A stretch of DNA of 64,000 bases from Glaucostegus cemiculus (lineage: Eukaryota), in the NCBI GenBank assembly GCA_976551045.1, contig CDPCPM010000263.1:1054001-1118000 (forward strand). Direction: 5' to 3'. Within the stretch, counting starts at the first letter, position 1, and every line of letters begins with the position of its first letter. The notes beneath the pieces are model-generated. The model saw only the letters and a list, made by a program, of their open reading frames with translations. It was not told the origin of the DNA and made no database searches. Below are positions 23,801 through 37,774 of this stretch, in pieces. Made by a program: the position numbers and the translations under genes.

Positions 23801-26800
23801 AATTTTATCTGATTTTAACATTTTGCCTTCAATTCCTTGAGTTTTCAACTTCAGCTGTGAGGGAATTTATCAAGCATTTGTTTGGAATTTCATATAAGTA
23901 ACATTCATTGATATTCCTCTGTCCACTACTTAAACTCCAGTTTCTTCAGGTGTGGACCACCCATTACATAGCTGGAAGACTTGCTATTCTGGTCAACATT
24001 TATTCAGGATGAGGCTGTGTATCCACACCCTTGTTTAGCAGATTGTGACTTAGTGACTAGTATTTTAAAACTATCAGGCTGGAGTACTTGGCTTCTGCGC
24101 TTGAAAGCCATAGTTTCTCTACCAATTGAAAGTTTTAAATATTGTACTTTGTCAAACAATGTGAGCAAACCCTACATTGTATTTTTTGTGAATCTGAAAA
24201 GATTATGTAGAACTTCAGTTATGTTTAATATTATGAGCCTTAGATTGTGTTTTGTAACTGTGAATTATCCAGTTTTTAATCTGTCTTGATAATTATGGAT
24301 AGCAACATGCTGCTAAACATTTGAATAAAATTTTAACCTTTTCCCTCCATTTTACCAAGTATTTTTTTCCTCTTTAGATCTCCCACAGCATGTACCATTC
24401 CTGGCAGAGGGTGGGCAGGCGACCTGCTCCCTGGCCTCTGACAATGTTACCAGAAGGTGTGTGTGAGCAGCCCAGGATAACTTACTTATTGGCTTTTTTC
24501 TCCCTCTTCCTCAATGGGAAGTACTTGGCTTCAGCTTGGTCCTTCCCCAGATAACCTGGTGTAAGATCCGGAATGCTGCATGGAGGATCACAAGCGTGAA
24601 CCTATGTTGTAAACTCATTGGAGCACCAACCTGCTGCACCACTGAGCTGCCTACTATCAATACCATGTTGTGCAGTATGGTAGACTCTCTTTTATGTCTT
24701 TACTTGTATTTTTTGAGCAATGAAGAAAGTGTTGTAAAGGGACCATCTTTGTACTGTATTTGGGAATTGGGTAATGTCCATCATGAGCCAATTTCTGTAG
24801 TACCACCATTCTCTCCAAGTGTATTAGAGCTTGGGCAGCATGTGAATTTACCCAGAGTAGCTGAACCAGATGACATAAGTAATGTTGGGATTCAGTCCTT
24901 GGTGTGTGCACTAGGTTAGCTCTTGAAGAACAAGAAATTTGAAGCAGAGTGGGCCATTAGCCCACTATTCAGTAAGATGTTGGTTGATCTTAACCACTAC
25001 CATTTTATTATGCTAATGTCCTAAATTATTTATCTGCATCCTGATCACCAGTGATCTGAGCATTAAATATGCCCACTTGTAGAGAATGTCAAAAGCTCAC
25101 TACACTCTGGTGGGGTGGGGGAAGCTCTAGTCCTCTGTGCTGAATGGCAGATCCCTTGCCTTGAGACTGACCCTTGTGTAGACATTCAAGCCTGGGGAAA
25201 CAGTCACTCTACATCTACTCTGTTGAGCCCCAAAAGAATTTTGTATGTTTCATTTAGATAAATCTTATCAACTCATCAGTGATGATGGATCATATCTGCT
25301 TAATCTCTTGATGTAGACAAACCTCTCCCTCCCCATGCTGTCACCACTGCAGTGAACCTTTGCTGCACTTCCTCTGCAATTGTGCAAGAAGTCACATCCA
25401 TGTTAGTATTTTGGGTACAGCCTCATCAGGGACCTGTGTAACTTCCAGTAGGAATCTTTAAATCTTGTAATCATATACAGTTTGTTTTCCTAGTTGCTTG
25501 TTTACTCTGTGATTTGTGTACGTCTTCTGAACATTCACATCTATCAGTCTAACCATTTATAAAATGCTCTGCTTTTCTTACATTTTATACCTGAATGAAT
25601 GGCCTTGCATTTTTCCACATTCTGTTCTCTCTGCCATGTCCCTGTCCATTCACTGAGGCTGTCTATATCCACTTGAAGCCTCTCTATGCCTTCCAACTCT
25701 CACTGGCACCTAGTTTTACATCATCAATGAATACATTGTACTTGATCTACATGCCCAAATCCCTGATATAGCTTGCAGACAGCTGGAGCCCTAGCATTGA
25801 TCCCTGTGGCATCTAACTACTACCAATCTGAAAATTATCTGTCTTATTCCTCCCGGTTTCTAACTGTAATAACCTGTTTATTGCCACCTTTTCTGATAGT
25901 CCAATATACTGCAGGTTCACCCACTCCTATCCTAATAACTTTAATCTCCACAACTCAAATTTGTCAAGCTTTATTTCCCTATCATACATCAAGTTGGTAC
26001 TGTCCAGTCCTGTTGTGTCTAAAGTGCCCTTTTCACTATATTCTTGTTCCCTTAATGTTGGGCTTACTAGTTTGTAGTTCCCTGATTTTTATTTTTATTT
26101 TTCTCATTTTAAGTGGTGGTGAACATTTTTTGCTACCTTCCACTATGTAGTATTTCAACAACTGCTATCTCCATAGCTGCCTTTTGTTTCAAAACCTTGG
26201 GGAGCAGTTCATCATTTCCTATGGATTTTGGCTTTCACCACATTATTTCTCCATACTGGTTACTAGCTGTAGCCTCCTTTAAGTGCTGGGCAGGGATTTG
26301 TCTTTGATCACAATTCATACATTAAGGGCAAGTGCGTGGAGTTGAGCTGAAAACCTAATTATTTTCTGCTGTGATCCCCTCCAGACTGATGCCTGCTGGT
26401 AAGGTTGGGCAGTAAATGATGGCCTCAGTTATATGCCATCATCAAATTTAATGATAATTGAGCAGTTGCTATCCAGTACTGTAGGTGGCCACTGCCTCCT
26501 TGCAAAGTTAGTTTCAAGAGAGGGGGAGCACAAAGTTAAGACTACTAACTGTAACATAAACAACATTTTTTAATTTCTGGGCTTGAAATCCACTTACTAA
26601 TTTACATTAGTAAACTTTGCTGAATAAGTACAAAAATGTTTTAAAATTAAAACTAAGTAATACTTAATAGTAGCATCTAACATCATACATCACACAGTTA
26701 ATTATAAGTAATTAGTTTAAACCACCCAGCAGATTTTAACAGCTCAAAAGATCAGTAACGTAGCATCCTAAATTTGCCATATCATTCACTAGAGGTTTTT

Positions 26801-27863
26801 AATTTATAAGCTTGTCCACTGAAGCCACATGCATCTTTCTTAAATTCTGTTTGCAAGTTAACTGACGTTGATAGTTGAGAATTGCTGTATGTGATGTATT
26901 TCTGAAGGCTACCTAGGCTATATAGTATTGCTGTAACTGTGTGCTACCACATTTTTCAGATGAAGGCACTGCTTTAGTGCTTCTAATGCAGTGACTTCTA
27001 TCTGGCTGTGGAAGTGCCAGGGAATAGATGAAATGGTTCCATGTTGAATGATAAGTGGCATCCAAGTTGTAATTGGACCACTTGAGTGGAATAGGGAGAG
27101 GCCTGAGAGTAGGTCACCTGTCCTAAATACCTACTGGAGAGTTACATGGCTCAATAGGTCCAGGGAGGGAAGAACAAACTTCAGGGAATATTATGCCCTC
27201 AGAATTTCATGCAATAGATCCTGCAGCATATTGTAACAAACTGTAATCTCTAGTGTTCAGTTTGTATCTAGTTGAGTCATCTGGTTAATTTAACGTCATG
27301 ACAATAATAATGTAACCCTAAATGTAAAGTTGTTGCCTCCGTTTTGTGCTGTTTGCCGAAGGATTGTTCCTTTAGGCCGTCAAAAATGTTCTTTTCTCTT
27401 GCAGTATCTGCTGTTTCATAGGCTCTCGCTCCTGATGAAAACGTTTTGTAAACACACGTGAACTTTAACTCTGAATGGAGGTTCCGTTGGAGTAACAAAA
27501 TGTTATGCTTAAGTTACCTGTACAGTATTTTTCTACATATATATATTTAATGTTGCTGAAGAGTTAAATTTCAACTGGGAGATGTAATTAAAATGTTTAA
27601 AGTTGTAAAATTTAAAGTATTAGCGTCCTCTGAGGATGTTTAGAAAGTAAATATTGGATGCATTATTTAAAATTAATTATAGCTAGCATGTTTTCAAATA
27701 TTATCTTTAAATTTCTTGTAGTTAAACTGAACAATTTTTAGTATAATTCAACAGCTTTATCAGAATTTATGCTAACCTGCCTTAAGTTTTAAAATAATGG
27801 ATTATGTTTGCGGGGAAGAATAACCACAAACTGGGGCTGTAAAGCATGACTCTCTCATTGCAG

Positions 27864-28036
27864 GTTTTTCTGTGGAGCATGGAAAAATACACGATGATTC
27901 GTAAACTTGAAGGTCACTTGAACGACGTTGTATCATGTGAATTCTCTCCTGATGGAGCATTATTGGCTACAGCCTCCCATGACACACGAGTTATTGTTTG
28001 GGATCCACACACAGGCAGTATTTTGTTGGAGTTGGG
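27864..28036 (+). CDS. WSB1: WSB1 coding exon 6
   Basis: VFLWSMEKYTMIRKLEGHLNDVVSCEFSPDGALLATASHDTRVIVWDPHTGSILLEL. 173 nt. |GTAAGT donor. Confidence 0.97.
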
Positions 28037-28639
28037 GTAAGTAAACAATTTTTTTCTTTTTGTCAATGTGAATGCCATAGGACTATTTTTAAAAATGTCT
28101 TTCCTCATCCCCTCCTGGAATATTGATTCATTTGGTTTGGTGTTTGTTTGGACTCTCTCTTCAGACATAGGTACAGTAGGCTAGGTTTGTTTTACCTGGA
28201 GTAGCAGGGTCTGAGGGGTTACCTGTTAGAGGTACGTAAAATTAATGGAGATAAATGGGGTAGGTGATAAATCTTTATTATCATGGTGTGTTGAAAACAA
28301 GAAGGCATAGGTTTAGGTTAAGAGATGGGAGGTTTTAGAGGGAATCTGAAGGGGTAATTATTTTCACCCAGAAGCTGATTAGAATCTTGAATGTTCAGAG
28401 CTGGTGAAGTTCATACTCTCCCGGCATTTAAGGAGCATCTAGATGAGTCCTTGAATTGCCAAGGCATAGAGCTATGGACCTGATGCTAGTAAATGGGACT
28501 ATAGTAGATTTTATAACAACTATGCCTTCTCTATCCCACACTACCCCTTGCCTTCTCTATCCCACACTACCCTTTATCTTCTCTGTAAATGGAAAAGGCT
28601 GAGATTTTGAAAATTGTATTTTTGTTTGCTGTTTAATAG

Positions 28640-28753
28640 GCATTTGTTTCCACCTCCAACTCCAATATTTGCTGGTGGAGCAAATGATCATTGGGTGAAT
28701 TCTGTTGCCTTTTGTCACGATGGTATGCACATCGCTAGCATTGCTGATGACAA
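28640..28753 (+). CDS. WSB1: WSB1 coding exon 7
   Basis: HLFPPPTPIFAGGANDHWVNSVAFCHDGMHIASIADD. 114 nt. |GTAAGT donor. Confidence 0.97.
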
Positions 28754-30376
28754 GTAAGTGATTCTGGCAATAGATTAATGTTAATGCTTTAGTAGTGAGA
28801 AGTCAGAAACCAACCTACTGTTGTGCCTTCCAGAATTTCTCATAGTTGCTTATTTAAGCAGATAATGGTTGACAATCTTTTAAAAACATGTTTTTGTTTA
28901 TTACTGCCTGCATTTAACTTGACTTGCATTCTCCAAACAATAGTTATTGCAAAAGATGCTTTTACTCCTGAGCCAGTTTAAGATTAGAGGGGAGTTGAGG
29001 AAAGCTTTTCACAATGGCTGATGGTCTGGAATTTGCTCCATAAAGAGCTTGTAGACATAAAAATACACGGATGAACTCGTGGAGTGTCATGTCCTGTAAG
29101 GGTATGGACCAAGAGCTGGGAATGTGATTAGGCTGGTTAGCTGGTTTTTTTTCCAGCTGTGGGCTGATCTTTGCCTCTTCTGTGCTATAAGTTTTTGAGA
29201 TTCAAAGTACAGAAAACGTGTAGTTTGGACTGGGAGCAACTGGGTAGGGGGTCATGTACCTTGTTGTTTCACTGTAGGAGTTGGTCATGTTGATGGAGGC
29301 CATGACATCCACCAGTTCATAGGCAGTGTGGCTACAGAAATACATTGCCCAATATTATGGATTTGTTTGAAATTAATGTAGATCCTCCTGTAGAGGAACC
29401 TAGTGAAAGAATTGCTATGTTGCTCAAACCATTCAAACAGATCTACATTTGACTGAAGCTGGCCCCTGGTGCACAAACAACACTTTGAAGCATTGGGATC
29501 ATATGTGAATATGATAGAGGGAATATTTGGTAGAAGAGGGCAGGGAGGAACATGTGGGAGGATTAGTTGCATCATACATTGTATAGTAATTTGAATTTTT
29601 CAAATCTTGAACAAGTTCCTTTTTGAAGTAAAACGTTTTCAGATCCTGTGATTGTTGTCCGACTGCTTCTAATAATAAACTAGCTGAACCATGGTCACTT
29701 GCAGCAGTTTTGTTATTATTTGAATTGATTCAAGCAACCAGAAATAAATATCCTGCTTTTTTGTGAATTGGATGGGGGTGGATAATTGAAATAACTTGCA
29801 TTGCCCCGTACTTTGTTTTTTTATTTCCCTGCCCACACCCACAAATGTTTTTGGTAAAGTATTGAAATACATATTGCTTTGTAGTGACATATTTTCCTGT
29901 TCATTCCATTGCCTCTTAGAGCTGAGCTTAACATCAGCATATTAACTCAGTACTCTGCAGTACCCCTCTGCTATTACTCTGCTAATGTTTAACTTGCAGT
30001 CATAAACTCTGCAACACTTGTGTGGGAGTTAAAAGCATTTTATGCAATGGTGCATCTCTATGAAGCCTTCTCTAATTCCATGTCAGATAGTTGCGGTATT
30101 GGAGATTAATTTGTGAAACTTATTTGTGGCTGCAGTTGCTGTGACTTTGATTACGATGGGCAAGCACTGAATGAATTTACAGTGCTGGAAATAACTGGGT
30201 CAGGCAGCTGGTCTGAATTTGGGTTGGATTAGTGAATTTTTTAAATTCTTTTATGTTTTTGTATTATTTACTGCCAATGTTTTAATGCAGTGGCAAAATT
30301 GAGACAAGATACTTTAAGTAGGATGGGTAATATCTATTTGGTATCCATCAGTAATGGTAGTTACTTGTTCTTCCAG

Positions 30377-30484
30377 AATGCTAAGGTTTTGGAGCATTGA
30401 TGCTGATTGTCCGGTAGAGGTTGCACCGTTACATAATGGGACATCCTGTGGCTTTTCTCCAGATGGTCACATTCTTGCTACAGG
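30377..30484 (+). CDS. WSB1: WSB1 coding exon 8
   Basis: MLRFWSIDADCPVEVAPLHNGTSCGFSPDGHILAT. 108 nt. |GTAAGT donor. Confidence 0.96.
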
Positions 30485-31016
30485 GTAAGTATCTTTTAGT
30501 CCAGTGAAATGATTTTTATTAGAAAACTTGCAGCTGTGAGAAGATTTTACCTTAATGTTAAGTCACTTTTTGATGTGCAGTCCAATAGCATTAATATACC
30601 TTAACTGCAGTTCCAGTTTGCTTTGCACATCAGCAAACCATGTTCTGTTAGCCACGTAGGAACATTTATAGCTGCCAGGTCTTGTCCACTGGGGGGATGC
30701 TGATGTTTTCTCCATCACATTTACCTTTTGGGTTGGATTTTGTATCATAAGTACACGTTTCTACACGTCTCATTGAGAGAATAGTTGTGTTCTTTGCATT
30801 ATATTTGGCACTGTTGGAGAAAGTAAGTCTTGATGGGGCAAGTAAAGGTTTAAGCTTAAACCATTTCTTATTTTATTCCTGTTGTATAGATTAAATTGGT
30901 TTATTGATTTCAATCCATATTCATGCATCAGAACTTCTCCCAAACTAGTGTATGCAGTATTGTAACCCATGACCTTGGATCAATAAAAGTATTGGCTTTC
31001 TCATTCCTCCTCCAAG

Positions 31017-31179
31017 GTCGCGAGATGGAAGTGTTCATTTCTGGGCTACCCCCAAACAAGTCTCAAGCCTTCAGCATCTCTGCCGTATGGCCCTACGAAG
31101 AGTGATGACTACCAGTTCCGTTGAGAAATTGCCCATCCCATCACAGATGGTTAACTACCTGACATATCGCATCGTCTGA
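31017..31179 (+). CDS. WSB1: WSB1 coding exon 9 (SOCS box, stop codon)
   Basis: SRDGSVHFWATPKQVSSLQHLCRMALRRVMTTSSVEKLPIPSQMVNYLTYRIV*. Contains the BC box SLQHLCR and the LPIP cullin box. Confidence 0.97.
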
Positions 31180-31620
31180 CCACTACAAGCTGCTTAACTT
31201 CGAAGGCTTGAGAACAAGTTGCTTTTGTGATGCAGGTGTATTAAAGCAGGTGCATTTTGCTGCCTTGTAAAGCAAGGAATTGTAGCCCTTGACAGCATGG
31301 ACAGTTCATGCAGACTTTTAAACTGTACATATTCTGTAAACTTGTACCATTTTTACATATATCAGTTGTGTACAATGATTATTTTCTGTTCCTTTGCTGT
31401 TGATAGTCCAATCATTACAGTTTTTCAGGTCAGTTTGGTAATGTGGTTTTGGGGAAGTGGGCACAGAATCTTGTTTGGTCTTTGCTCCAGTCTGCAACAG
31501 GAAAAACTGTCAACTGCCAAAGATTTGAACGTTTTGCAAATGCAAACATAACTGTACTTCAAATGTGAATTTATTTTTGTTCTGTTTTTAAGTATTAAAA
31601 AGCTAAGTTTTATCTGTTAG
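31180..31620 (+). promoter_or_regulatory. WSB1: WSB1 proximal 3' UTR with Pumilio element and candidate polyA signal
   Basis: TGTACATA at 31324-31331. ATTAAA at 31594-31599 followed by T/GT-rich sequence. The true 3' end cannot be determined from sequence. Confidence 0.5.
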
Positions 31621-33607
31621 CATTTCCAGTCTGACGTTTTGTTCAGGCTTTGCACAGGTCTGAATTGGTCTACAGTTTACAATCCTCCCATTGTATTCAT
31701 CTTGTCTACCTATTGCATCATTCCAGATAATCTCTGCAACCTTGAACTGTTTGCATCTTTCTTAAGTTGTGGTAAGAATACTGTATGCAGAACTGTGTAG
31801 CTGTGCACAACCCAGAGCTTTATAAAGGCCTGGCATTAACTTCTGCTTTTTGTACTCTAATACCTCCATTTACAAAGCCCAAGATCCTTGTTTTCCTCCC
31901 CATGCTGCTCACCATCGTGCCACCCCTCCCCAAAAATTTTCTCTCCCACAGATTCCTCACCACCTTTTGGAATGTTGCCATTGGATCTTCCTAATTGCAG
32001 TGAATTGAGAGCAGATAATTCATTGCTGTTCAGTATCTTGTGCACATTCAAGCCTTCGCCCCACCACCAACCCCACTGCATTACTGATCAAAATGTAGCA
32101 GAATTACATGATTTCTCTTTTTCCTAAGTATAAAAATGTAAAGAATTGATGCACAAAGTCCAAGTTCATGTGGATTCAAAAGCTGAAATATATTGAACTT
32201 GATTAACACAATCTGAAATTGAAGTTTACAAGCAGATACAGCCACCTTCTGTACCTTCTTTTTTCAGAAGTAGATATTTTCTGATATCTGTTAACCCGGT
32301 GGCTTTGTGACTTGTCTGTCTTAATTGGCAACACCTCATCAACTTAAAATTCATTTAGGTTGTCAAATAAGTGAGGTTTTGGATAAAAATCATTGAATCC
32401 ATATGATCTGCAAGTCTCTGCTCAGACAAGCTATGAAACACTACTGTAAAGTAAAATACAACAGCCAAGATCTGGTGGAGCAAGTAAGTGAAACTGAGAT
32501 TATTTGGACCATTGGTAAGGAAAGGTACAAGGGAGAGAGAACAGGAGTCCAGCAGCCTGCAAGGTAAAAAGCAAGACAAAGAATGGGGCATTGACAACCA
32601 TGGCGCAATTGGAATCCAGCCAAGCCCTGCTTGAGGCAGAGAAAGACACAGGAACAATTCAGAGTTGATTTACATGGTTGGCTTGTTGATGCCAGTTCTG
32701 TAGCTCAGTGGTATACTGAGTTGCATGCTTTTCTAAGCAAGCTTCACCCTATTATTCTCGAGAGCAAATAATCAAGTCCTAAGAGGTGGTTTTATTTATG
32801 CAAGTTCTTCCCTAAAGAATTTTATGTAATTTGAGACCTGTAAGCATGTAAAGTGTCTCAGTGTATACAACTTAGTGACAGTTTTGTTTGCAAGAAGAAC
32901 TTCTAAATTACAGAGCCATGGTAACTGAATTAAGTATACAGTCACTCCAAGGAGAAAAGTACAGAGCCATTGCTGAGTGCTCCAGGACATGTATGCAAGG
33001 CCCTGAGGAATCTTGAAGATCCACATTCCCAGACCAATTTGCTGAGATGGAGTTGTCCATTTAAATCCTTTCCTCTCACATGGGACCCTATTCCTCCTCT
33101 TGTGTCAAGGAATGGAGGCTGATCTGATTTCCTTATCCAAGTGCCAGCCTGCATACAGGTAGTGCACACCAGCAAACAATCTAACCCTGACCTGGCCCTG
33201 TCATCTCTACTCCAACTTCCCCCACATGCTCCTCAGTCCATATAAACAAAGCTTTTTGTGGCTCTGTTCTGAAGCAAATATCTCAAATCGGTAGAGATGA
33301 GTTCTTAGTTAACATGACAGACTATGGATTTCAGTTCCTGTTAGGGTATGGGTGCTTTGCATGTTCCACACTCTCCCATTAAAATGTTGCTAGAGGGGTA
33401 GTGGGTTGTATGCAATGAAAATGGGCAAAAGTGGCCTGTGCTAGTTGGCTGATGAGTAATATTTTTCCTAGAAGATGGCTTGATTCTGCTCAGTGAAGGC
33501 AAAGTATCTTCTTCGAACTGGTATAATGCCAGAGTTCACTTGCTAATATTGTACTTCACATACTTTTGAGACAGTCCTCCTGAAATGGTCTTCTCTCTTT
33601 GATGTGA

Positions 33608-33896
33608 ATAAGATAAGATTTAGTCACATGTACATCAAAACACAGTGGAAATGCATCTTTTGCATAGAGTGGTCTGGGGGCAGCCTGCAAGTGTCGCCAC
33701 ACTTCTGGCACCAACATAGGATATGCACAACTTCCTAACCCATATGTCTTTGGAACATGGGAGCAAACCAGAGCACCCGGAGGAAACCCACACAGTCACA
33801 GGGAGAACATACAAACTCCTTGCAGACAGTGGCCGGAATTGAACCCGGGTCACTGGTGCTATAAAAGCATTATGCTAACTGCTATGCCACTGTACC
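33608..33896 (-). mobile_element. V-SINE family A
   Basis: Reverse complement of the family sequence. Confidence 0.9.
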
Positions 33897-36800
33897 TTGA
33901 GCTTCTATGAAAAATGATGAACAGGCTATAAAGCCTTCAATACTGTATAATCTTCTTGCCTTCCATTCTATTTTTATGCCTTTTTTAATCCCACCCTATC
34001 ACTTGGTTCCTCTCCCTTTGGATATACTTAATGACTGCATCCACAGCTCTCTGGGGTAGAGAATTCTAAAGAAACTTCTGGGAGAAGAAATTTTGCGCAC
34101 AATGTGAAAGTGTTTCAGTAAGATGAATTAATCTACTTTCCTAACCAAAGTTATTTTTAAGAACTTGGGTTTTTTTTCCTTCAATTATTTGCAACTGATA
34201 AGATGTCATTCCAGGAGACATCACTATCTGTTGACTTTTGTGCTAACCCAAGCAAGCCTCTTCGTTAAGAGTAATCCACTTTTGGACTGAATTTTATTGG
34301 GCTGGAAAGAGAAGAACTTCTCAAGGTCTCATTCAAAATAAAACCTCAGTAGTTTTAAGATCCCATTACAAACTAAAGATTTAATTAAAATCTTTGATTG
34401 GAAAGCATAGTGAATTTAAAAAATCATTTAAAATTCAAATCTGATCAGTTGCAAGGACAAAGCAGCCCAACTTGCTAAGCTATTGATTCCAGCATTAGGC
34501 TACATATTACAGGCTTTGACATTGTAGCTTTTAGAGGCAGCAGTTTTATTTTGCTATCAGTTAACACATTTTAACCAAATCTGTTTCACCTTCTAGGAAT
34601 AAATAAATTTTGTGAAGAGTTATTTGTGGATACATGTCTGATATTAAACACCTCAATCAACATTAATTTTAAGTAACATTAATTTAAGAACTCAGGCAGG
34701 GACTTGTGAATGAGCCTTAACTGCTGGTCATCATGCTCCGACACATGTTTGTTTCTGAACCTGGCTGGGGTGGGAGGGGGTGCAGCTGATCAGAGAAGCC
34801 ACCTGGAGATGCCCTGCATCAAGCTGCATTTAAAAAAGGCCAAGGAATTCTTCCTTTTGGGGGGAGTTTGTAGTGTTATGTCAATTAACCATGTGAATAA
34901 AAAAAAACAAAAAACCAACTCAACATAAAAACAAAAGATGTTGGAAACATCTGGTCAGGCAGCATCTATGGAAAGAGAAACAAGTTAATATTTCAACTCC
35001 AGATGTAAGTCTTCTTTGTTCTCTATAATGTGTTAATTGTTTTATTTCCCTGGTTAGATTGTTTTTTTAAAAGCAGAGTAATTGGCATCTTGTATTGATC
35101 TTTGGCAGTGAACAGCCAATATTTATTTTAAGTCTTGGGCATCTCTTAAGACACAGGACTGTTGATAACTCTTATCAACATAGAACAGTAAGCACAGGAA
35201 CAGGACCTTCGACCCACTATGCCAGATTAAATGAATCCCATCTGCCTGCACGTGATCCATATCCTTCCATTCCCTGAACATTCATGTGCCTCTCTAAATG
35301 CGTTTTAACCATTACTAATGTACGTGCTTTCACCACCCTCCACTCAGCCATGTGTTCCAGGCACCTATCACTCTGTAAAATAATTTGCTTTGCATCTCTC
35401 CTAGCCATTGTTGACAAAATTGAGCAATAAACCAGATTGGGCACCCTTGATAACGAATATGACCTTTTGGACAACTGGTGAATGAGATCACAAAACTATG
35501 TTGAAGCTGATGTCAGCTGGAATAACTACCTCGGCATAGCACTGGAGGGTTTCACGTCGGTCATTATGAGCTATAATGTCAGGCAGAGATTTTCCCAGTC
35601 CTTAGAAAAACCACAGGTCTTGTGTAAACCCAGCCATAAAGAACAGTGGTTTTTATAACAAAGTGATCAATAAACTAAACTGATTTCCAAGGACAGTATT
35701 AAGTCAAAACAAAAAACCTACATAATCTTGTAAGAAAAAATGAGATGTGGTTCGGCAAGAGTGCATTATGGTTACTTTAATGGACTAGAAATGCAGAAGG
35801 CAGCACTAACGATCTACATACCAAGCTCGAATCCTACAACAACAGCAGCAGGGGAATTTTAATTCAGACAACTAAATAAACAGAAGGGCGATGCTTGGAT
35901 AAAACCCAAGGTTAATGAATGTTGCTACCAAACCTGGCATCAGTAACTGCAACTGTGATACAATTGGACTGTTGTGAAAACTCGTCTGGGTCATGGATGC
36001 TCTTTCAGGAAGAATATCTGCTGTCCTTAATCACTTTGTCCAATACATAGCTTCAGGCTCACAATGACACGGGTTGATTTTTAACTAGAATAACCATTCA
36101 GCTGAATCATTTACTATGACCATAAGGATAGCTTGAATCTTCAGCACCCATTAGACATCAGAAAGAGTCTTTATAATGAAACCCACTTCCCATGAATAAA
36201 TAAGAAACAAAGGAGACTTCTGATTCCACCCCACCCAGGATGGAAGAATTAAGATGGATTTTCCTTGTCTGTAACTATCTTGTGATTTTTATGGAAGGAA
36301 AGTCATCCTGCCTCAAAAGAGAAAGTCAAGATCATGTTAAAGAGAACTGATCAGATCAAGGAACAAATACCGTGATCAGTGACCCCATTGATTCCCATTG
36401 AGTACAGGTGTTGTACTCAACGGGAGTCAATGGGTAAGCATCTTGAGAATTCTGCCAGCAAATTTGCCACATCATACAGCTGCAATAGTCCCTGTAAGAT
36501 GTTTACACCTAAAGTAGAGCTCACTAACAACAGTAGCAGGCAGTCAAAAATATCTAAAGAGGTTGTCTAATGGGGCAAGGTATATGAGCTATAATTCTTC
36601 TTTAAGGACAGGGTGAATTAAAACATGAGTTCATTTGCCTGACAAGCATTTCATGCTGTTTTTGCAACTGGTGCTTATCAAGTCCAGCTGGCGTTCAGTC
36701 ACACTGATGTCTGCCAAGAAGTTACTAAATGACAGCACAGCCAGCTAAAACAGGCTGCAGCCGGATTGTTCCAGTCACTGATGATCACAGCCAAGAATTT

Positions 36801-37029
36801 TTCTTAACCCTTGAGGGCCAAGCCAAGATTACAGAGATTTGAAGTATTGTACAGTCCTTGGATGACACAGTGAGTTTGAGCTCTAGGAGTGTTGGAGCAT
36901 AAGGTGGGACATTACAAACTGGGACTGTTCCTTCCCCATATAACAATTCCAATTTGAAAAGCACTCTGAACAATGGGACAGATAGCCTAAAACTTGGTTA
37001 AAGTAGTTGGTTTCAAATGGTGTATTAAA

Positions 37030-37330
37030 ATTGGTGATTGGTTTATTATTGTCACATGCACCGAGGTACAGTGAAAATTTTGTTTTGCATGCTGCTCAGA
37101 CGGATCATTTCAGAACATTAGTATATCGAGGTAGTACAAGGGAAAAGCAATGACAGAATGCAGAATGAAGTGTTACAGTTACAGAGAAAGTGCAGTGCAG
37201 GCAGACAAATAAGGTGCAAGGGCCACATCAAGGTAGACCGAGAGACCAAGAGTTCATCTTTATCATACAAGAGGTTTGTTCAAGAGTCTTATAATAGAAG
37301 CTGTCCTTCAGCCCGGTGGTACATGCTGCC
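37030..37330 (-). mobile_element. Rex1/Babar LINE 3' end fragment
   Basis: TTGGTTTATTATTGTCACATGCACCGAGGTACAGTGAAAA tail. Confidence 0.75.
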
Positions 37331-37774
37331 CAGTTGGGGGAGTGAGGGGTGGGATGGGGGTGGAGGGGGAGAAGAGAGAATATCCATATAGCATTTATCT
37401 TCATTTTGACAGGCAGGGATTGCTTAGGGGAAGTCAGCATGGTCAATGTGGACTCAATTGGCTGTATGCTGTATGATATTATGACTATGACATTGGGACA
37501 GGTAGCTTAATACACAAGAAATAGAAGCAAGAGTAGGTCACCTGGGCCTTAAAGCCCGGGTTGCCAGATAGAGTCAACTGAGACAGAGTGGGTGACAACC
37601 TCACTCCTGAGTCAGACACCTGTGAATTCAAATCGTGCTCCAGCTAATTCAGAACTAAGCAATAGGCTGGCAAGTTAGTTCTGCACAGACAAAGGTGCAG
37701 TTCTTTGGATGAAGCCTTAAACTGTGGTCTGTCTGCTCTCCCAGGTGAATGTGTATGTCCTAGCCTTACTTGAT

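Noticed and set aside
26480-26512. Possible orthologue of the short mammalian alternative terminal exon (reads VATASLQS-stop)
   Set aside because: Poor pyrimidine tract and only superficial peptide resemblance.
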